Positions 37,171 to 38,630 of a stretch of DNA of 38,630 nt are shown here, one piece after another. Position 1 is the first letter of the stretch, and every line of letters starts with the position of its first letter. The stretch is taken from positions 1-38,630 of the forward strand of contig JAYVCD010000363.1 of the NCBI GenBank assembly GCA_043750125.1, written 5' to 3'. The position numbers were made by a program, and so were the translations under genes. The DNA comes from Archangiaceae bacterium (lineage in GTDB: Bacteria > Myxococcota > Myxococcia > Myxococcales > Myxococcaceae). A model generated the notes under the pieces. It was not told the origin of the DNA and searched no databases. It saw only the letters and a program-made list of their open reading frames with translations.

Positions 37171-38630
37171 TCAGCGCAGCAGCTGCCGCAGCTCGAGGGC
37201 CTGGGGCGAATCGGCGAACGCATTGGCAGCCAGCTCGAGCACGCGCTGTCTTTCCGGCCCGCGCTTTTCTTCATCGAGGGCGCGGGCGAGGTCCAGCACT
37301 CCGGCGAGCCCGTTGCTGTCGCTGGTGAGAAAGGTGAACCGGTACGCGCTGCCGGGGGCGGTGCCATCGGCGGCTTGAATTCGGACCAACCGCCTTCCAG
37401 CCGAGGCCGAGAGCACGACCAGCTCGGGAACTTTTTCGACGGTGAGAGCTCTGGGCGGCGCGATTGCCCTCGCCACGGGGGTCGTGGCCGAGCCCTTCCT
37501 CGCAATCCACGTCTCGAGCGCGATGCCGTCGATCACCCACAGCTTGCCCTGCGGCGGAGGCACGACCAACACGGCGACTTTCTCGTTTTCACTGGCGACG
37601 CCGACCCTGAAATAGTCGACGGCCGACAACGGAACAGTCGCGCGGTCCGGGTAGTCGACGGATGCGCCGGTGAAGCCCGTCAGGCTGCGGGTCAAGGGGC
37701 AATCCTGGGGGGTGGCCAGCGAGTCGTTGGGTTCTTCTTCGAACGGCCCGCCGGTCATCGGTTCGACCCGCAGCGTGTAGGGGACCAACGACTTCTCGCG
37801 CGGCGGACGATTCGGCTCATCGAAGAATGGGCCTTCTTCCACCCGCAGATACAAAGGGCCCGGGCGCAGCTTGACTGCGTCGACCCGCTCTCCGCCTCCC
37901 GCGCCTACGTCGTCGATCATCACCACCGGGTCCAGATGGTTGGCGGCGTTGGGCTGAAGCAGCTCGATGATCAGGTTCAGGTCGGGCACTCCGCTCAAGG
38001 TGACTCGGGTGGGGCCGCCAGGAACGTCGACCACGTAGAGATCGCGATCGTTCTTCTGACCTTCTGCGACGGCGTTGATCGCCCCTTTCACGTCGGTGCC
38101 CAGCGCGATGTGAGTGGCGACGTTGGGCTCGTTGTTCGGCTCAATCTCGACGCCGCCATCGCCGGCCGGTCTCTGGGTCGACTGGAACCAGGTCCAGGCG
38201 CCAAACGCGAACGCCACCATCAACAGGCTCGCTGCGAGCGGGGCCAGCCAGCGCTGGGCCTTGAGGTTGCGCTCGAAGTGGTCGAAGTCGGAGCGGTTGG
38301 CCATCTTCAGCGCCATCTCTTCGGGCAACGGGGTGAAGTCGTTGGGAAGCGAGCCCATCTCGCGACGAACTTTCTCGAGCGCGACTCGCATCTGCTCGGC
38401 ATTGGCGAAGCGCTGGTCTGGATCTTTGCAGAGCGACTTGCGCAACACCGCCTCGAAGCCACTGCTCACCGGCTTGTCCGGAGTGATGTCGGTCACCCGG
38501 GGAGCGACGGTGGTCATGTGCATCGTCACCACTTCCATCGGCGAGCGCCCGACGAAGACGCAGCGGCCGGTGACCAACTCGAACAGCACCGCGCCCAGCG
38601 AGTACAGGTCGGTGCGGGCGTCGAGGGCCT
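37171..38630 (-). CDS. Membrane Ser/Thr kinase, 5' part outside the window, with extracytoplasmic PPC-like (EPNN/EPND) domains
   Basis: ALDARTDLYSLGAVLFELVTG...KDPDQRF (kinase C-lobe), TM helix, EIEPNNEP...DRDLYVV and EEEPNDSL...VDYFRV. Confidence 0.9.
   Translation of the reverse strand, partial: ALDARTDLYSLGAVLFELVTGRCVFVGRSPMEVVTMHMTTVAPRVTDITPDKPVSSGFEAVLRKSLCKDPDQRFANAEQMRVALEKVRREMGSLPNDFTPLPEEMALKMANRSDFDHFERNLKAQRWLAPLAASLLMVAFAFGAWTWFQSTQRPAGDGGVEIEPNNEPNVATHIALGTDVKGAINAVAEGQKNDRDLYVVDVPGGPTRVTLSGVPDLNLIIELLQPNAANHLDPVVMIDDVGAGGGERVDAVKLRPGPLYLRVEEGPFFDEPNRPPREKSLVPYTLRVEPMTGGPFEEEPNDSLATPQDCPLTRSLTGFTGASVDYPDRATVPLSAVDYFRVGVASENEKVAVLVVPPPQGKLWVIDGIALETWIARKGSATTPVARAIAPPRALTVEKVPELVVLSASAGRRLVRIQAADGTAPGSAYRFTFLTSDSNGLAGVLDLARALDEEKRGPERQRVLELAANAFADSPQALELRQLLR

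Overview
A GC-rich bacterial chromosomal segment whose gene repertoire (Hanks-type Ser/Thr kinases, an FHA-sigma54 activator, many Cys-rich lipoproteins, an MXAN_5187-C-terminal-like protein) points to Myxococcota; this taxonomy is inferred. The window opens on the last ~95 nt of a group II intron (domains V and VI). The intron's terminal AT appears to supply the first two bases of the start codon of a PKD-repeat metallophosphoesterase lipoprotein gene. Housekeeping blocks (proA-rsfS-rlmH, gpmI-comF, rimK, ileS-lspA-lgt) alternate with accessory surface and secreted protein genes. These include a 20-repeat Cys-rich lipoprotein, FG-GAP and Ig-repeat lipoproteins, a multi-PG-binding GH25 muramidase and two small 8-Cys peptides, plus several genes collapsed by internal deletions. 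The most interesting unexplained signals are: (i) the intron/start-codon junction; (ii) a ~310-nt densely structured non-coding region with a terminator and possible anti-terminator directly upstream of proA; (iii) a strongly enriched D-[A/G]-G tripeptide in exported proteins that behaves like a modification sequon; (iv) two small secreted peptides with four CX3C motifs; (v) a possible lysin-immunity pair. No CRISPR array, tRNA or rRNA was seen. All assignments come from reading motifs by eye; no searches were run.
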